Below, piece after piece: positions 19,172 through 34,169 of a stretch of DNA of 64,000 nt (positions are counted from its first letter, which is position 1; each line of letters opens with the position of its first letter). This DNA is from the human T2T-CHM13v2.0 reference genome, Homo sapiens: assembly GCF_009914755.1 (NCBI RefSeq), contig NC_060938.1. The stretch is one strand, 5' to 3'. The translations under genes were made by a program, and so were the position numbers. The notes under the pieces were generated by a model that had not been told where the DNA came from, did no database searches, and was given only the letters and a program-made list of their open reading frames with translations.

Positions 19172-19352
19172 CCATATATATATATGGTATATATATATAT
19201 TTGGTATATGTCTATATATATAATACATATGGTATACATATATATTTGGTATATATATATTTGTGTGTGTGTATATATGTGTATATGTGTGTGTATATAG
19301 ATATACACATATATACACACACATATATATACACACACATACACACACATAT
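19172..19352. repeat. Compound (TA)n/(TG)n/(CA)n microsatellite
   Basis: Directly visible in the sequence. Confidence 0.95.
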
Positions 19353-19711
19353 AAAAATATGAAAATGAAATGTATTTGATTGAATAATTTTAAGTGAAGA
19401 ATTTAGGAGAATGTAAGAAGGTGTAACTAAACTGTGTCAAATGAACAATCAAAATATCTGTCAAAAGTATCCTATAATGATAATATAAATATAACAAACC
19501 AAGGACACAGGGTAAGAAGAGAAAATTGATGGGTTAAAATCCATCATCTTTTCAGTGCATTTTCATTACACTAAAAACTTAGGGAACCAAACACAAAGGC
19601 AGAGAGAGTTAGACAGGATTAGCCGCATTCTGTTCTTCAAAAAGCTCTTAAAAATAATGATTCTCAAAAAATAAGAAAGTAATATATTCTCAAAAGCAAT
19701 AGTAGTAATAA

Positions 19712-21250
<1,539 letters not shown>

Positions 21251-21439
21251 ATCTTGGTTTTCTATAAACATTTATTTTGTGTATGTAACCCTAGAATGTT
21301 GTATAAAGGATAGTTATGCCAGCTTAGACAGAAGCATGATACACTCTTTACCTATATTCAGATAAATTTAAAAAGCTTTGTATGGCTGCTGAGATGACAA
21401 ACGGATGAATTGTCTGTTGTCTATTAGGCATAACCACCA

Positions 21440-21940
21440 CATGCAAGACTGGAAACACTTCATTATTATATTCTTTCCTATATGGATCCAGATTAGAGTT
21501 TACCAATGAGAGGAACTAGCGCAGGATTTGGGAAACAGAAGTGAAGCAAAGGCTGTAATTCTAAAGAGAACATAGCTGTCAGACTGCCAGATACAGTGGC
21601 TTCATCTACACATGGTGGCTTCACAGGCTGTTCCATCAGTTACATATCACAGGCTTTCCCACCAGTTACACATATAGTAATGAACTATATAAAACTGTCT
21701 ATAAGCTCCCAATTCATGTCAGTTTGGTAGCTAAACATTTTTCCCCAACCCACAGTAGCTTTTCAACTTACTCCAGTGCATCAGACTAAAGTAGTAATGA
21801 CCTTTTTTATAATCTTGTTGTAGCCTTCCAGATCTTTATTCCTCAAATCTCTCCCACATCTGTGCAAACTCAGATTCCTATAATAAAGTGCTTCATCTGT
21901 AATAATTTTGGTTGGCTCTGTTTTACTGTTCAGGATTAAT
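21440..21940 (+). mobile_element. Old ERVL LTR (LTR33-like)
   Basis: gattagagtttaccaatgagaggaactagcgcaggatttgggaaacagaag resembles LTR33/LTR16-group sequence. Confidence 0.45.
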
Positions 21941-22009
21941 AATAGTGCCACTCTATACCATATTGGAGCCTTAGTCAAATGGGAAAAATAAGTATTACTC
22001 ATTATTCTT

Positions 22010-22150
22010 TAAATTATTATTTAAATTGTCATTATTTAAATTGTTTTAATAATTTAAATATTATTTAAATTATTATTTAGAATTTTAATATTTTTCTCAT
22101 GAATTTAAAAAATCTAATTGATTTATTTAAATATTACTTGAAAATATTTT
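22010..22150. repeat. AT-rich low-complexity tract with recurring attatttaaat
   Basis: Directly visible in the sequence. Confidence 0.8.
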
Positions 22151-22611
22151 TGATCCAGAGTTTTTTTTGGTGCACCTTAACTTTTGCTCCCAAGGAGAGT
22201 CCCTGACTCACCTCACTTTGGTCCTCACCCTGGCCCCAGAATATGTCATAGGAAGGTGTATCACTATTCACTACTTTTTATTTACCTTGCTCAGTCAGAA
22301 CAATGATATCAATGAAGCAAACCAGAATGATATCCAAAATTCATTCCTGAAAAGTAAATTATTATTATTATAAGGCTAGACATGAATTTATATAGCTCTG
22401 AGGTAAGATAGTAAATGTATACTGACACATATTGCATGTTTTCTTTGTCAGGAGAAGGCAAACTTATCCTGTCTGTCTCTACTAACAGATTATAATGTGT
22501 GTGTGTATGTGTGTGTGTTAGCTTGAATATTAGTTGCATATCAAGTATCAAGGCTGTGTTGATTTGCTCCAGGAAAAAAATCAGGAAAAGGAGCTGAAAA
22601 TGGAGTTAAAA

Positions 22612-23330
22612 TATGATTAAATTTATAGTAATCCACTATCATTCTCCAATATCCATCTGTGTCCTTCACAGACAGTCAAACAGACAAGCAAAATGGGGCA
22701 CAATAGTAAGAATCACTACCCCTTTCTCCTTTAAGTCTATGATGGTAACACACAACTTCGCCATCTTTCCAGGGATGTAGCATCGGTTTTGAATTATTAT
22801 TTTAATAGGGAGAAGCAGTTCTAATTTCTTTCCTCTTTCAAGTCTTACCATGATAGTTCTTACTCCACAAGTCAGGAAACTTGTAAGGAAATTCTACTGT
22901 TTGTTGAATATGTCTATTTCAACCGTGCAGTCTGGAACTGGGATAAATAACTACAGAATGTATTTAGAAACCCACTGAACCTACCATGAGAGAGACTAAA
23001 GCCAAAACATCATTAAGAAACTAAACCCACTAGTCCTACTTGCAGTGGCACACCAAAATGGCATTTTGGGTTTCAAGGAATTAATTTCAGTTTAGAGCCA
23101 ATTTCAGTAATTTCTGAAAAATCTGGGAAGTAACCTTCTTGTAGATTCAAGTACTCAGCTTAGAAAACCAAAACAAAATGAAACAAACACCTCTATAAAG
23201 GTTTATTTGTCACTTACAACTGAAATAAAATTTTGGCAGACTGTACATCAATTTCAACCCAAGGGACATCAACAATGGTAAGTACTGCCCCAACCTTACT
23301 GCTCATTATAGTTATCCACAATCGTCTTGT
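22612..23330 (-). mobile_element. ERVL internal fossil (gag C-terminus/protease/RT N-terminus)
   Basis: ORF 22666-22851 LELLLPIKIIIQNRCYIPGKMAKLCVTIIDLKEKGVVI resembles ERVL pol LELPLP..IVNQKQY.IPGG.AEI.ATIKDLKDAGVVI. DVPWVEIDVQSAKILF near 23230-23270 resembles ERVL gag. Confidence 0.75.
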
Positions 23331-23599
23331 CTGATTTACCTTCATGTAAGGCCAAACCTAGCAAGACTTTCATCTAAGAGCCTGGTCTATTTCACCAGGG
23401 CCTCCCCACATGGAAGGTCTCAATTGCAATTTCTTTCTTCTTGGGCTGATGAATCAGCTAAATTCTCTGCTTATCTTTGAGAGGCTATTTAGTTATTTAC
23501 TTCATTGTAAATGCAACTTTACATTTTGGCAAATGTCTTTAGGGGAAAAAGGCTTACTTATAGGCTCAGCTCTCATTCCTCCCTTCTCATTTGGCTAAC

Positions 23600-25386
23600 T
23601 CTTTTTTTCTTCATTTTTATGTTAGATGTATGTATTTATGGTGTACATAAGATATTTTAAAACAGGCATATCATATGTAATAATTACATCAGGGTAAATG
23701 GGGTATCCATCACCTCAAGCATTGATCATTTCTTTGTGTTACAGACATACAATTATACTGTTTTAGTTGTTTTAAAATGTATAGTAAATTATTTTTGACT
23801 GTAGCCAGCTTGTTGTGCTCATTCATTCTATCTAATTCTGTTTTTATATCCATTAAACATTCCCCTCCCACCCACTATCCGTCCCAGCCGCTGGTAATCA
23901 TCATTCTATTCTCTATCCCTGTGAGTTTAATTGTTTTAATTTTGTAGCTTCCACAAATGTGTGAAAATGTATCTCACTTCTGTACCTTGCTTATTTCACT
24001 AACACAATATTCTTTCAGTCCATCCGTGTTGTTGCAAAAGACCGTATCTCATTATTTTGTATGGCTGAATAGTACTCTATTGTGTATATTCTTTATCTAT
24101 TCGTCAATTGAAAGACACATTGCTTCCAAATTATGGCTTTTGTGAATAGTTTTGCAATAAATGTGGGAATGAAGATATCTGTTTAATATACTTATTTGCT
24201 TTCTTTTGGCTATATACCTCACAGTGGGATTTCTGGTTCATATGTTAGTTCTATATTTAGTTTTTTGAGGAACATCTTAGTGGCTGTACTAATTTACATT
24301 CCCACCAACATTGTAGGAAGCTTCCCTTTGCACCACACCAGAATTCATTATTGCCTGTCTTTTGGATAAAAGCCATTTAACTGAAGTGAAATATTCCATT
24401 GTAGTTTTGATTTGAATTTCCCTGAGGATTAGTGATATTGAGCACGTTTTTATATGCCTGTTTGCCATTTGTATGTCTTCTTTTGAGAAATGTCTATTCT
24501 GACCTTTTGCCCTTTTAAAAATCATATTATTTTTTTCTCTTGAATTGTTTGAGCTTCTTACATATTCTGGTTATTAATCTCTTGTCAGATGGATAGTTTG
24601 CAAATATTTTCTTCCATTCTGTGGGTTGTCTCTTCCTTCAGTTGTTTGGTTCCCTGGCTGTGCAGAAGATTTTTAACTTAAAGTGATCCCATGTGCCCAT
24701 TTTTTCTCTGGTTACCTGTGCTTTTGGAGTATTACTCAAGAATTTTTTGCCCACCCAAAGTCCTGGAGAATTTTCCCAATGTTTTCTCTTAGTAGTTTCA
24801 TATTTTGAAGGCTTAGATTTAAGTCTTCAATGCATATTGATTTTATTTTTGTTATGATGACAGATAGGGGTCTAGTTGTATTCTGCATATGAATATCTAG
24901 TTTTTCAAACACCATTATTGAGGACTCTATGCTTTTCCCAGTGTATGTTCTTGGTATCTTTGTCAAAAATGAGTTCACTGTAGATGGATGGATTTATTTC
25001 TGGGTTCTGTATTCCATTCCATTGGACTACGTTTCTGTTTTTATGACAGTACCATGTTGTTTAGATTATTATAGCTCTGTAGTATAATTTGAAGTCAGCT
25101 AATCTGATTCATTGAGTTTTGTTCCTTTTGCTTGAGATGGTTTTGGCTATTATGGGTTTTTTGTGGTTCCAAATAAACTTTAGGATTGATTTTTTAATTT
25201 CCATAATCAATGTCACTGGTATTTTGATAGGGATTGCATTAAATTTGTAGATTGCTTTGGGTAGTCTGAATATTTTAACAATATTGATGCTTACAATCCA
25301 TGAACATGGAATATCTTTCTATTTTTTGTATGTGCTCTTCAATTGTTTACATTAATATTTCACAGTTTTCATTGTAGAGATCATTC
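23600..25386 (-). mobile_element. L1MA2/3-like 3' end and ORF2 3' part
   Basis: 3'UTR catcagggtaaatggggtatccatcacctcaagc. ORF2 peptides [14 protein letters not shown] in the ORF track. Confidence 0.85.
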
Positions 25387-25388
25387 AG

Positions 25389-26708
25389 GTTTTTTTTTTA
25401 TTATTATACTTTAAGTTTTAGGATACATGTGCACAATGTGCAGGTTTGTTACATATGTATACATGTGCCATGTTGGTGTGCTGCACCCATTAACTCGTTA
25501 TTTACATTAGGTATATCTCCTAATGCTATCCCTCCCCCCCTCCCCTAACCCCACAACAGGCCCTGGTGTGTGGTGTTCCCCACCCTGTGTCCAAGAGCTC
25601 TCATTGTTCAATTCCCACCTATGGGTGAGAACATGTGGTGTTTGGTTTTCTGTCCTTGCGATAGTTTGCTCAGAATGATGGTTTCCGGCTTCATCCATGT
25701 CCCTACAAAGGACATGAACTCATCCTTTTTTACAGCTACATAGTATTCCACGGTGTATATGTGCCACATTTTCTTAATCCAGTCTATTATTGATGGACAT
25801 TTGGGTTGGTTCCAAGTCTTTGCTATTGTGAATAGTGCTGCAATAAACATACGTGTGCATGTGTCTTTATAGCAGCATGATTTATAAGACTTTGGGTATA
25901 CACCCTGCAATGGGATGGCTGGGTCAAATGGTGTTTCTAGTTCTAGATCCTTGAGGAATCACCACACTGTCTTCCACAATGGTTAAACTAGTTTACATTC
26001 CCACCAACATTGTAAAAGTGTTCCTATTTCTCCACATCCTCTCTAGCACCTATTGTTTCCTGACTTTTTAATGATTGCCATTCTAACTGGTGTGAGATGG
26101 TATCTCACTGTGGTTTTGATTTGCATTTCTCTGATGGCCAGTGATGATGAACATTTTTTCATGTGTCTATTGGCTGCATAAATGTCTTCTTTTGAGAGGT
26201 GTCTGTTCATATCCTTTGCCCACTTTTTGATGGGGTTGATTTTTTTTTGTAAATTTGTTTGAGTTCTTTGTAGATTCTGGATATTAGCCCTTTGTGAGAT
26301 GGGTAGATTGTAAAAATTTTCTCCCATTCTGTAGGTTGCCTGTTCAGTCTGATGGTAGTTTCTTTTGCTGTGCAGAAGCTCTTTAGTTTAATTAGATCCC
26401 ATTCATCAATTTTGGCTTTTGTTGCCATTACTTTTGGTGTTTTAGTCGTGAAGTCCTTGTCCTGAATGGTATTTAGTCATGAAGCCTATGTTCTGAATGG
26501 TATTGCCTAGGTTTTCTTCTAGGGTTTTTATGGTTTTAGGTCTAACATTTAAGTCTTTAATCCATCTTGAATTAATTTTTGTATAAGGTGTAAGGAAGGG
26601 ATCCAGTTTCAGCTTCCTACATATGGCTAGCCAGTTTTCCCAGCACTATTTATTAAATAGGGAATCCTTTCCCCATTTCTTGTTTTTGTCAGCTTTTTCA
26701 AAGATCAG
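25389..26708 (-). mobile_element. 5'-truncated L1PA5-type
   Basis: polyT at 25389 followed by the L1PA 3'UTR and ORF2 C-terminus ([13 protein letters not shown]; [19 protein letters not shown]). Confidence 0.92.
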
Positions 26709-28435
26709 TGATCTTTGAGGCATGCTATTTTCTTGGAGTCATGTTTCATTCTTTTTTCCTTTGCCTTCTCTGACTGTGTGTTTTCAAATATCCTGTCTTC
26801 AAGCTCACTCATTTTTTCTTCTGCTTGATCAATTCTGCTGTTAAGAGACTCCGATGCAATCTTCAGTATACTAGTTGCGTTTTTGAGCTCGACAATTTCT
26901 GCTTTTTAAAAATTATTTTAATCTCTTTGTTACATTTATCTGATAGGTTTCTGAATTCCTTCTCTGTGCTATGATTAAAATTTGTTGAGCTCCCTCAAAA
27001 CAACTATTTCGAATTCTCCGAATTATCACATACATCTGTCACTCTGGGATTGGTCTCTGGTACCTTACTTAGTTTGTTTGGTGAGTTCATATTTTCCTTG
27101 ATGCTTGGAGGTGTTCTTTGATGTCTAGGTCTTGAAGAGTTAGGTATTTATTGTAGTTTTCTTGGTCTGGGCTTGTTTGCACCTATCCTTCTTGGGAAGG
27201 CTTTCGGAGTATTCAAAGGGAATTGAGGCATCTAAGCCTCTAGATAAAGTTCTTCCCACTCTTCCCTCTCTTTTCTCCTTTCCTCATGCAGAGTTAGTCT
27301 TTCCCCATGGCCACCACTGCCCCAGGGCCATGGCGAGTACTGTCTGACTATTACTGATATTCGCTCAAGCCTAAAAGGCTCTTCCGTCAGCTTGTAAATG
27401 CTGCTAGGCCTGGGTATCCCTCATCAGGGCAGTGACCTCCCCTCTGGCTCAGAGCAGGTCCAGAAATGCCATTCAGGAGCCAAGGCACAGAATCAGGACC
27501 CCAGGATACTGCTACGTGCTCTACTCCACTGTGGCCAAGCTGGTGCCTAAGCTGCAAGACAAAGTCCCCTTTACTCTTCTTTCTCCTTTCCTTTAGCAGG
27601 AGGATACTCTCTTCATGGTCACCACAGCTGGGGATGAGCTGAGTCACGCTTGAAGCCACCATGGCCCTGGGTCTTACCCAAAGCCCACTGTGAGTGCTGC
27701 CTGGGTACCGCTAGTGTATATTCAAGGCCCGTGGATTCTTGAGTCAGCATGTAATGAATCCTGCTAGGAGTAGGTCTTTCCCCTCAAGGCAGCAGGTTCC
27801 CTTTTGGCCTAGGGTGTGTCTAGAATTGTCATGCTAGCTAGGACATGAAATGTGGGCCACAGAATTCTGCCCGGTGCCCTATTCTACTGTGGCTGAGCTG
27901 GTATCCAAGTTGCAAGACAAACCCTGTTTATTCTCCCCTCTCCTCTTTTCAAGCAGAGGAAAGAAATCTCTCCCATAGCTGTGAGCTGTGCTTCTTGGGG
28001 TTGGGAAAAGGGTGATGCCAGCATTCCCATGACTGTTCTAGCTGGTGTCTCACTAGGTCTTGTGCACTGCAAGTCCACTGGCTCTAAGACCAGCACAGCA
28101 CCAGGATTTGCCCAGGAATTGCTATCCTGTGGCCTAAACTGCCTTCAAGTGTACGACCCCAGAGTGCTTTATGCTATGGTGGTGGAGCTTACTGGAACCC
28201 TTTTTGCACCACAAAGTTGCTTCTGGGGGAATGGGGAAGGGGTAGTTTCTGCAATCCAAGACTGTCTTTCCTACCATCTTCAGTGCCTCTTTTCTTGATA
28301 TGATATTAAAACCAAGTACTGTGATTGCTTACCTAATTTTTAGTTCTTAATGAAGGTATTTTCTTGTGTGGATAGTTGTTCAATTTGATTTTCCTGAAAG
28401 TGGGACATTCACTGGAGGGTTCTCTTTTTATTGCT
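26709..28435 (-). mobile_element. L1MA/L1M 5' part (ORF1 N-terminal region and 5'UTR with tandem monomers)
   Basis: ORF1-type tctctgactgtgtgttttcaaata...ttcaagctcact and a GC-richer UTR with repeated gctgcaagacaaa units. Confidence 0.75.
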
Positions 28436-30588
28436 TTTCGTTGTTGTTTCTCAAGTCTCTTTAGCCTTCTGAATGAATTGAAATCTCTATTTCTTTTCTG
28501 CTTCTCAAAAGTAAGCTTTTCTCAGGCAAAACCCAGATTCTTGAACTCTTGCCTAGGGACCAGAATCAGAAAGTGTCCAGAGGGAAGAAGGCAATAGCCT
28601 GTCATGTCATCTCTTCACAGTTCTCTTGTCTCCTCTATTTCAGGTTGATTCTTCAGCTCTCCAAAGTCAATACGAACATACATTTGTGTATTTTCCATCT
28701 GAGTTATTCTCAAAAGGGTCATTGGTAAGCTACAAACAACTCCTTCATACCTAGAAATACAAGTCATGCTAATTATGTGTAAGTAAATAAAATAGTTTTC
28801 CTTGGCTGGTTAAGTTTAACTGGAGCATTTTTGGGTTAACAACTGGTATGCACCACGTTTCTTCTCATATTGATTTATAAAGTTATAGATAAAAGAAGGC
28901 CATCCTGCTTTTTTTCTCATCATTTTTTTCTTTTTTTTCCTAGAGCAATATACAGATTCAGGTCTATGCATTTGGATATTTTAGGAATTTTACTTTTGCT
29001 TCTCTACTGTTTTTTTTTCCTGATCTGTTATTTTTAGATGAAATTGTTTAATTTTAAAGTTCTCTTATGTCCCCCATATCTATCTTTTACTTTCTTATCC
29101 TCTGCATATTTCCATTACTGTATTTTGAATTTTGAGAAGAATCCCTCAACCTTTTTTCTATGCCAGTAATATACTTCACTAAAAGGTGAGTTCTGTAGTT
29201 AGGATTTAATTTTGTTAACCCATTTTTTCTTTGGTATATGTGTCATACACACTCATACTTAAATATCAGCTCACCTTTTCTTATGCCCTTGATTATCTTT
29301 CATGAATATGAATATTGCCTCCATGTCAAGAATGTCAAAGAGATTTTGAACAGTTTTCCTGTTTTTAGCTAAGAACCTTTTCCCAGTTAAGACTTTCTTT
29401 GAAACAATAGGCAACTATTTTCCATGCCTTTCAATAAGTTTTCAACAATGAATTATTAGGGTTTTATTTTTCTTTAACTATGTTGTAGAGAGAAAAGATT
29501 TATCTGACCAGGAGTTTGCCAATAGACAGGGCATTTGCCTTGCTTATTTTCCATTTTTAGGTTAGGTAAAAATCTTTATCACAGCTAGAATGAGAGTGTG
29601 AGGTGGTAGTTCAGGTTATACCCTATGTCCAGGACTTAGTGAGCATTCAGCTAGTGCAGGGTTGAAGTGGGTTGTTCCTTGACCACCAGACCTGACTCTT
29701 TTTATTAGTTCCTGATTTTTGACAAAGGGAATTTGTCAGTGATTGTTGCTGAATCAATACATTTGTAGGGGGACAGATGGGGAAGGAAGGTCCAGGGCTT
29801 CCTATTCTACCATGTTGCTTCTGTGATGATTCTTATATTTATTTCTGAAAATAAAGATAATGAAATGATTCAATGAATGTATCATTGTATACACATACAC
29901 ACATATACGTGTATACATATATATGTGTGGGTGTGTGAGAGTTAAATAATGAAGAAAAACATTAGCGATTAAAAAAAGGATCATGAGTAAACCAACATTT
30001 CTCAATTTTGTAGCTCATTTAGCAATTTTTTTCAATTCTTCCATGTTATAATACATTTCTAAAAGTTTCTAAAAATAAAGACTCCTAGTATACAATTTTG
30101 GTGACTATGTCCCCATTCAATGTTAAAAGAGTTTTCTTTTTTAATTTTGACTCTATGAACTCTGTGAACATTTGATATCAGTACAGTACTTGATTCTGTA
30201 ACAAGTAAACATGACCAAGTTTCATTTCTCTCTTCCTTCCTCAAATGAGTGCTTGTGGCATAAATTAGTCCACACATGGTTATGCATCATTGCTCACTGA
30301 CATCTCTGTGTGACATACAATTTTAAAAATCACCTTGAAACAAAACTCAAGCTGTGAGACACCAGATGGGAACTGGATTTTAAAATATATTCTGTGATTT
30401 CTTTTCAAACTTGGTTTACAGTTATTACATAAAACTATAGAAAAATGTTCAGATATTTAAATTTTTACAGGTCAGTCAGAGACAGAGAGAGGTGACGACT
30501 TTAAATAATCCAGTTATCAAATTGTAACAAAGATTTCTTATTGAATGATCTGTATTGCACATTGGTATTACATAAAATTAATATTCTC

Positions 30589-30918
<330 letters not shown>

Positions 30919-32169
30919 TTAGTTACATTCTTGAATAGTCTACTTTTTATCATTTTAAATGTTTGTGATCCTTCTAGACTCTTACCACCAAAATTTAGAA
31001 TGTATTGTATTAAAACAATATCTTCTATCTTCTATTTTGGAAATAAAATATGTTCTTCAATTTTGATGCCAGTTTTGATGCTTAAGTTAGTTGTTTTATC
31101 ACATAAACTCTGAGCTAAAAACCACTCCATCTGCAAATTTAAATCATAGGAATATTTTTAGGAATACAATCTGAAATTGGAACCTTGAATGTAAGTCTTA
31201 TCAAGAAGTAATGACTACTGACCTCCTTCACCTATGTTCTTGCTGACGGATATAATACAAGTAAACTGATGCCAGACAAAGTCAAACATATTTTGGCCAT
31301 ATTAGCATCATTCCACTTTTTAAAAGGAAATAATTACTTTCCCTTTCTTTTCCTTATCCTGGCTTCATATATACCTACATTAAAACAAATCACTTAATTC
31401 TAAATGTGGTCATAGTCATAACAACAGTTGAAAGAAATAATGAAATTTTAATAGTCCCTTATCTAACCCAATCAATTTATGAAACATAATCTTCTTATAA
31501 ATCAGTCATCAGGAATCTGAAAAGCACATGATTAGATGATCTAAAAGTATTTCTTAGCCATCTGGGAGTGTGCAGATTGGTAGAGCTACCACTGACATAA
31601 TGATGAAAGAAACTCCTTTAAGATATTTTGATTTGAGAGGGCAGGCCAGTGGGGTGCAGTTCTGGATCAATTAGGAGAAAGAAGGAGAGAAGGGAGAATG
31701 AGAGAATATTCATGAAGACTAATCACAAGGACTAGGAACTAGACTGGGAGCTAAGATTGAGAACATAGTTTTAGATTTGAGCTGCTTATAATTTGAGGAA
31801 CGGCATGGACCATTGAGGAGTCTATTCTTGGTACAAAGATCTTCTCATTTTTAAAATATGGCATTGAGCCTAAATCATAGATTTGCTAGATTTTTTCCCC
31901 CAGAAACAGTAGCTAGACAAAGAGTAGTCACATTAAAATAATTAAGATAATAATTCTGATTCAGTTATTTCATTGATTCCTAATAGTCATTAAAACTGAC
32001 AAAAGACCGAGGGTAGCTCTAGCTGTTAAATAAGCCATTTGATACACCCCCACACTGTGGAAACTAAGATTGTGAAGAAGTTAATCGGGATTAATGACTA
32101 GGGGTTTAAACAAATCACTTATCTTAAAAATCCAATCAGAAAAAAAATGTTTAAAAGCAGGTAGAAAGA

Positions 32170-32420
32170 GATAGTATGGTAAGTGTGGTTGAGATCTGGA
32201 GTTTCATCCAGCTGGATTCAGGTCATGTTTTTCTAGCATTATTTGCTGTGTGACCCAATTTAAACTACTTACTCTGTGAAACTCAGCTTCCTCATATAAA
32301 ATGAGCATAATAATATAAACTGTATGTTTATGAGGATTAAATGAGATAAAGCATGGTGCAGTACTTGGCACAGTGACTGGTACATATCAAATACATAATA
32401 TATTTTAGTTATTGTCATTA
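32170..32420 (+). mobile_element. MIR
   Basis: gctgtgtgacc...ctcagcttcctcatataaaatgag...tgaggattaaatgagataa...ggcacagtgactggtacata. Confidence 0.85.
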
Positions 32421-34169
32421 CTGTTAACGTAATCATTTTGATGTCTGGTTATAGGTGACAGCTCCCCGGTTTAGAGACATAAAGGGATCATGCTTCAGAC
32501 TTAAACAAGAACCATACATTGAAACCCGGTCAATCAGCTTTGTCAGGAAATCTGCTGTAGCTAGAAAGGAAACAACAGTGGAGATTAAAATTGGAAACTG
32601 AGGCATGGCAAACCAATGATCCTCAAAAAGATAGGGGATCAGGGGTTCTCAACCTGACTTGGCCATGTTGAAGTCAGAGGGGGAGGTAAACGGAAATCTA
32701 GACAATTTTTTTGAATGCAGTATAACTCATGGACATGAACACAAGGAGCAAAAAAAAAAAAAAAAAAATTGGTAATGATGAAGTAACAATAGGACCAGGA
32801 ATATACTGATGTCATTACCCAAGTGTGACCTAGTACTCTTTAAGTGCCTATTGGCTATAATAACACTATTGATCAAAACCTTGTTACCAGCCATAGGTAA
32901 TCACTAACTGTTGAGAAGTTCTGATATTGCAGGAATTTCAGGATGGGGGCCACGCAAATCATTATATTGTGGGTCAGAATTTTGGAAGGATTTTATAATA
33001 GGTTTATTTATCTTTGCTAAAAATCTCTGATACTGGCTTCAGCTTAGTCCAACAAGTGATCATGTCTTTTGAAATGCCTACCTATCACCTTACTGGCAAT
33101 TTTCTTTTCTTTCTTTTTTTTTTTTTTTTCAAGTTTCTGTTAGCACAGGCAAGCTTTCTGTAGTTGTAGATTGGTTCATCTTTCTGTCTTCCTTCATAAA
33201 AACTTTTAAAGAAATGTCAAGAGAAAATAATTTCTAATATATGACTGAACTTTGCATTTAGTTTCAAATTTCTGAAACTACAAATGACACATGTGAGACA
33301 AGGAATAAACACTTTTTATAGATAAATCAAATGATGGATTTATGGATCTGGGAGTGGAAACTTAATAGAATAAATGGGGATTGGGAGATTACTAATATAA
33401 ATGCTACCCATATAAGCAAATGCAATAGTGAAATCATAGAGGGAAATGAGAAAATAGAGGTCAGATATTATGATTGTAAAAAAAAATTGGGGTACATTAA
33501 GTTTTTTCATTTTTTCTCCTGTTCATTGCTTTGCTATTCCTGTTTTTTTTTTTCTGTCATAATAACTAAAAGTAGTACTAAAATGCAAAGGATTCACATG
33601 TTTATTTCTAGTTTTACCAAAGAAATGGTGAGGTAGAAACTCTGTTCTGTATCCAGTCTTTAAAAATTATCTACAAGAGATGGAATAGGAAGTGGTAGCG
33701 ATGTAGTGAAAAAGCAACCCAAATCATTTGTACATACAGTAGAAAATAGATGAATATGAACAAAATGAGTTGATTTCAAGAAAATTTCTAGGATTCTATT
33801 TCATTAATCTTTTCTTCTGCAAAAAAACAGATAAAATGAAAATGTATTATATAGTAGGCTTTGTAGGTGACTGCTTGGCAAGATGGTATTCCAGGCTGAC
33901 ATGAAATGCTAACACTATAAAATATACACATAGATCATGGTTTCAGAGTTAAGCGAAGACAATACATAGAGGCTCAATCTATTAGTCAGTTTATGTAAGA
34001 AAATATGGCTGCAGTTAGAAAGCCAAAAAAAAAAAAAAGTAAATCTTTACATGCACAAAAAGGAGAAAATTTGATGTGAGAGCTTTATATGCAGACAAAT
34101 GCAGTACTGGCTGAGGATCGTGTAGGAAAAGATTAGTATATAAGATCTAATAGTGGGGAACTATGGTTT

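Noticed and set aside
32750-32768. Orphan polyA as a processed-pseudogene tail
   Set aside because: No upstream AATAAA, TSD or recognisable ORF.
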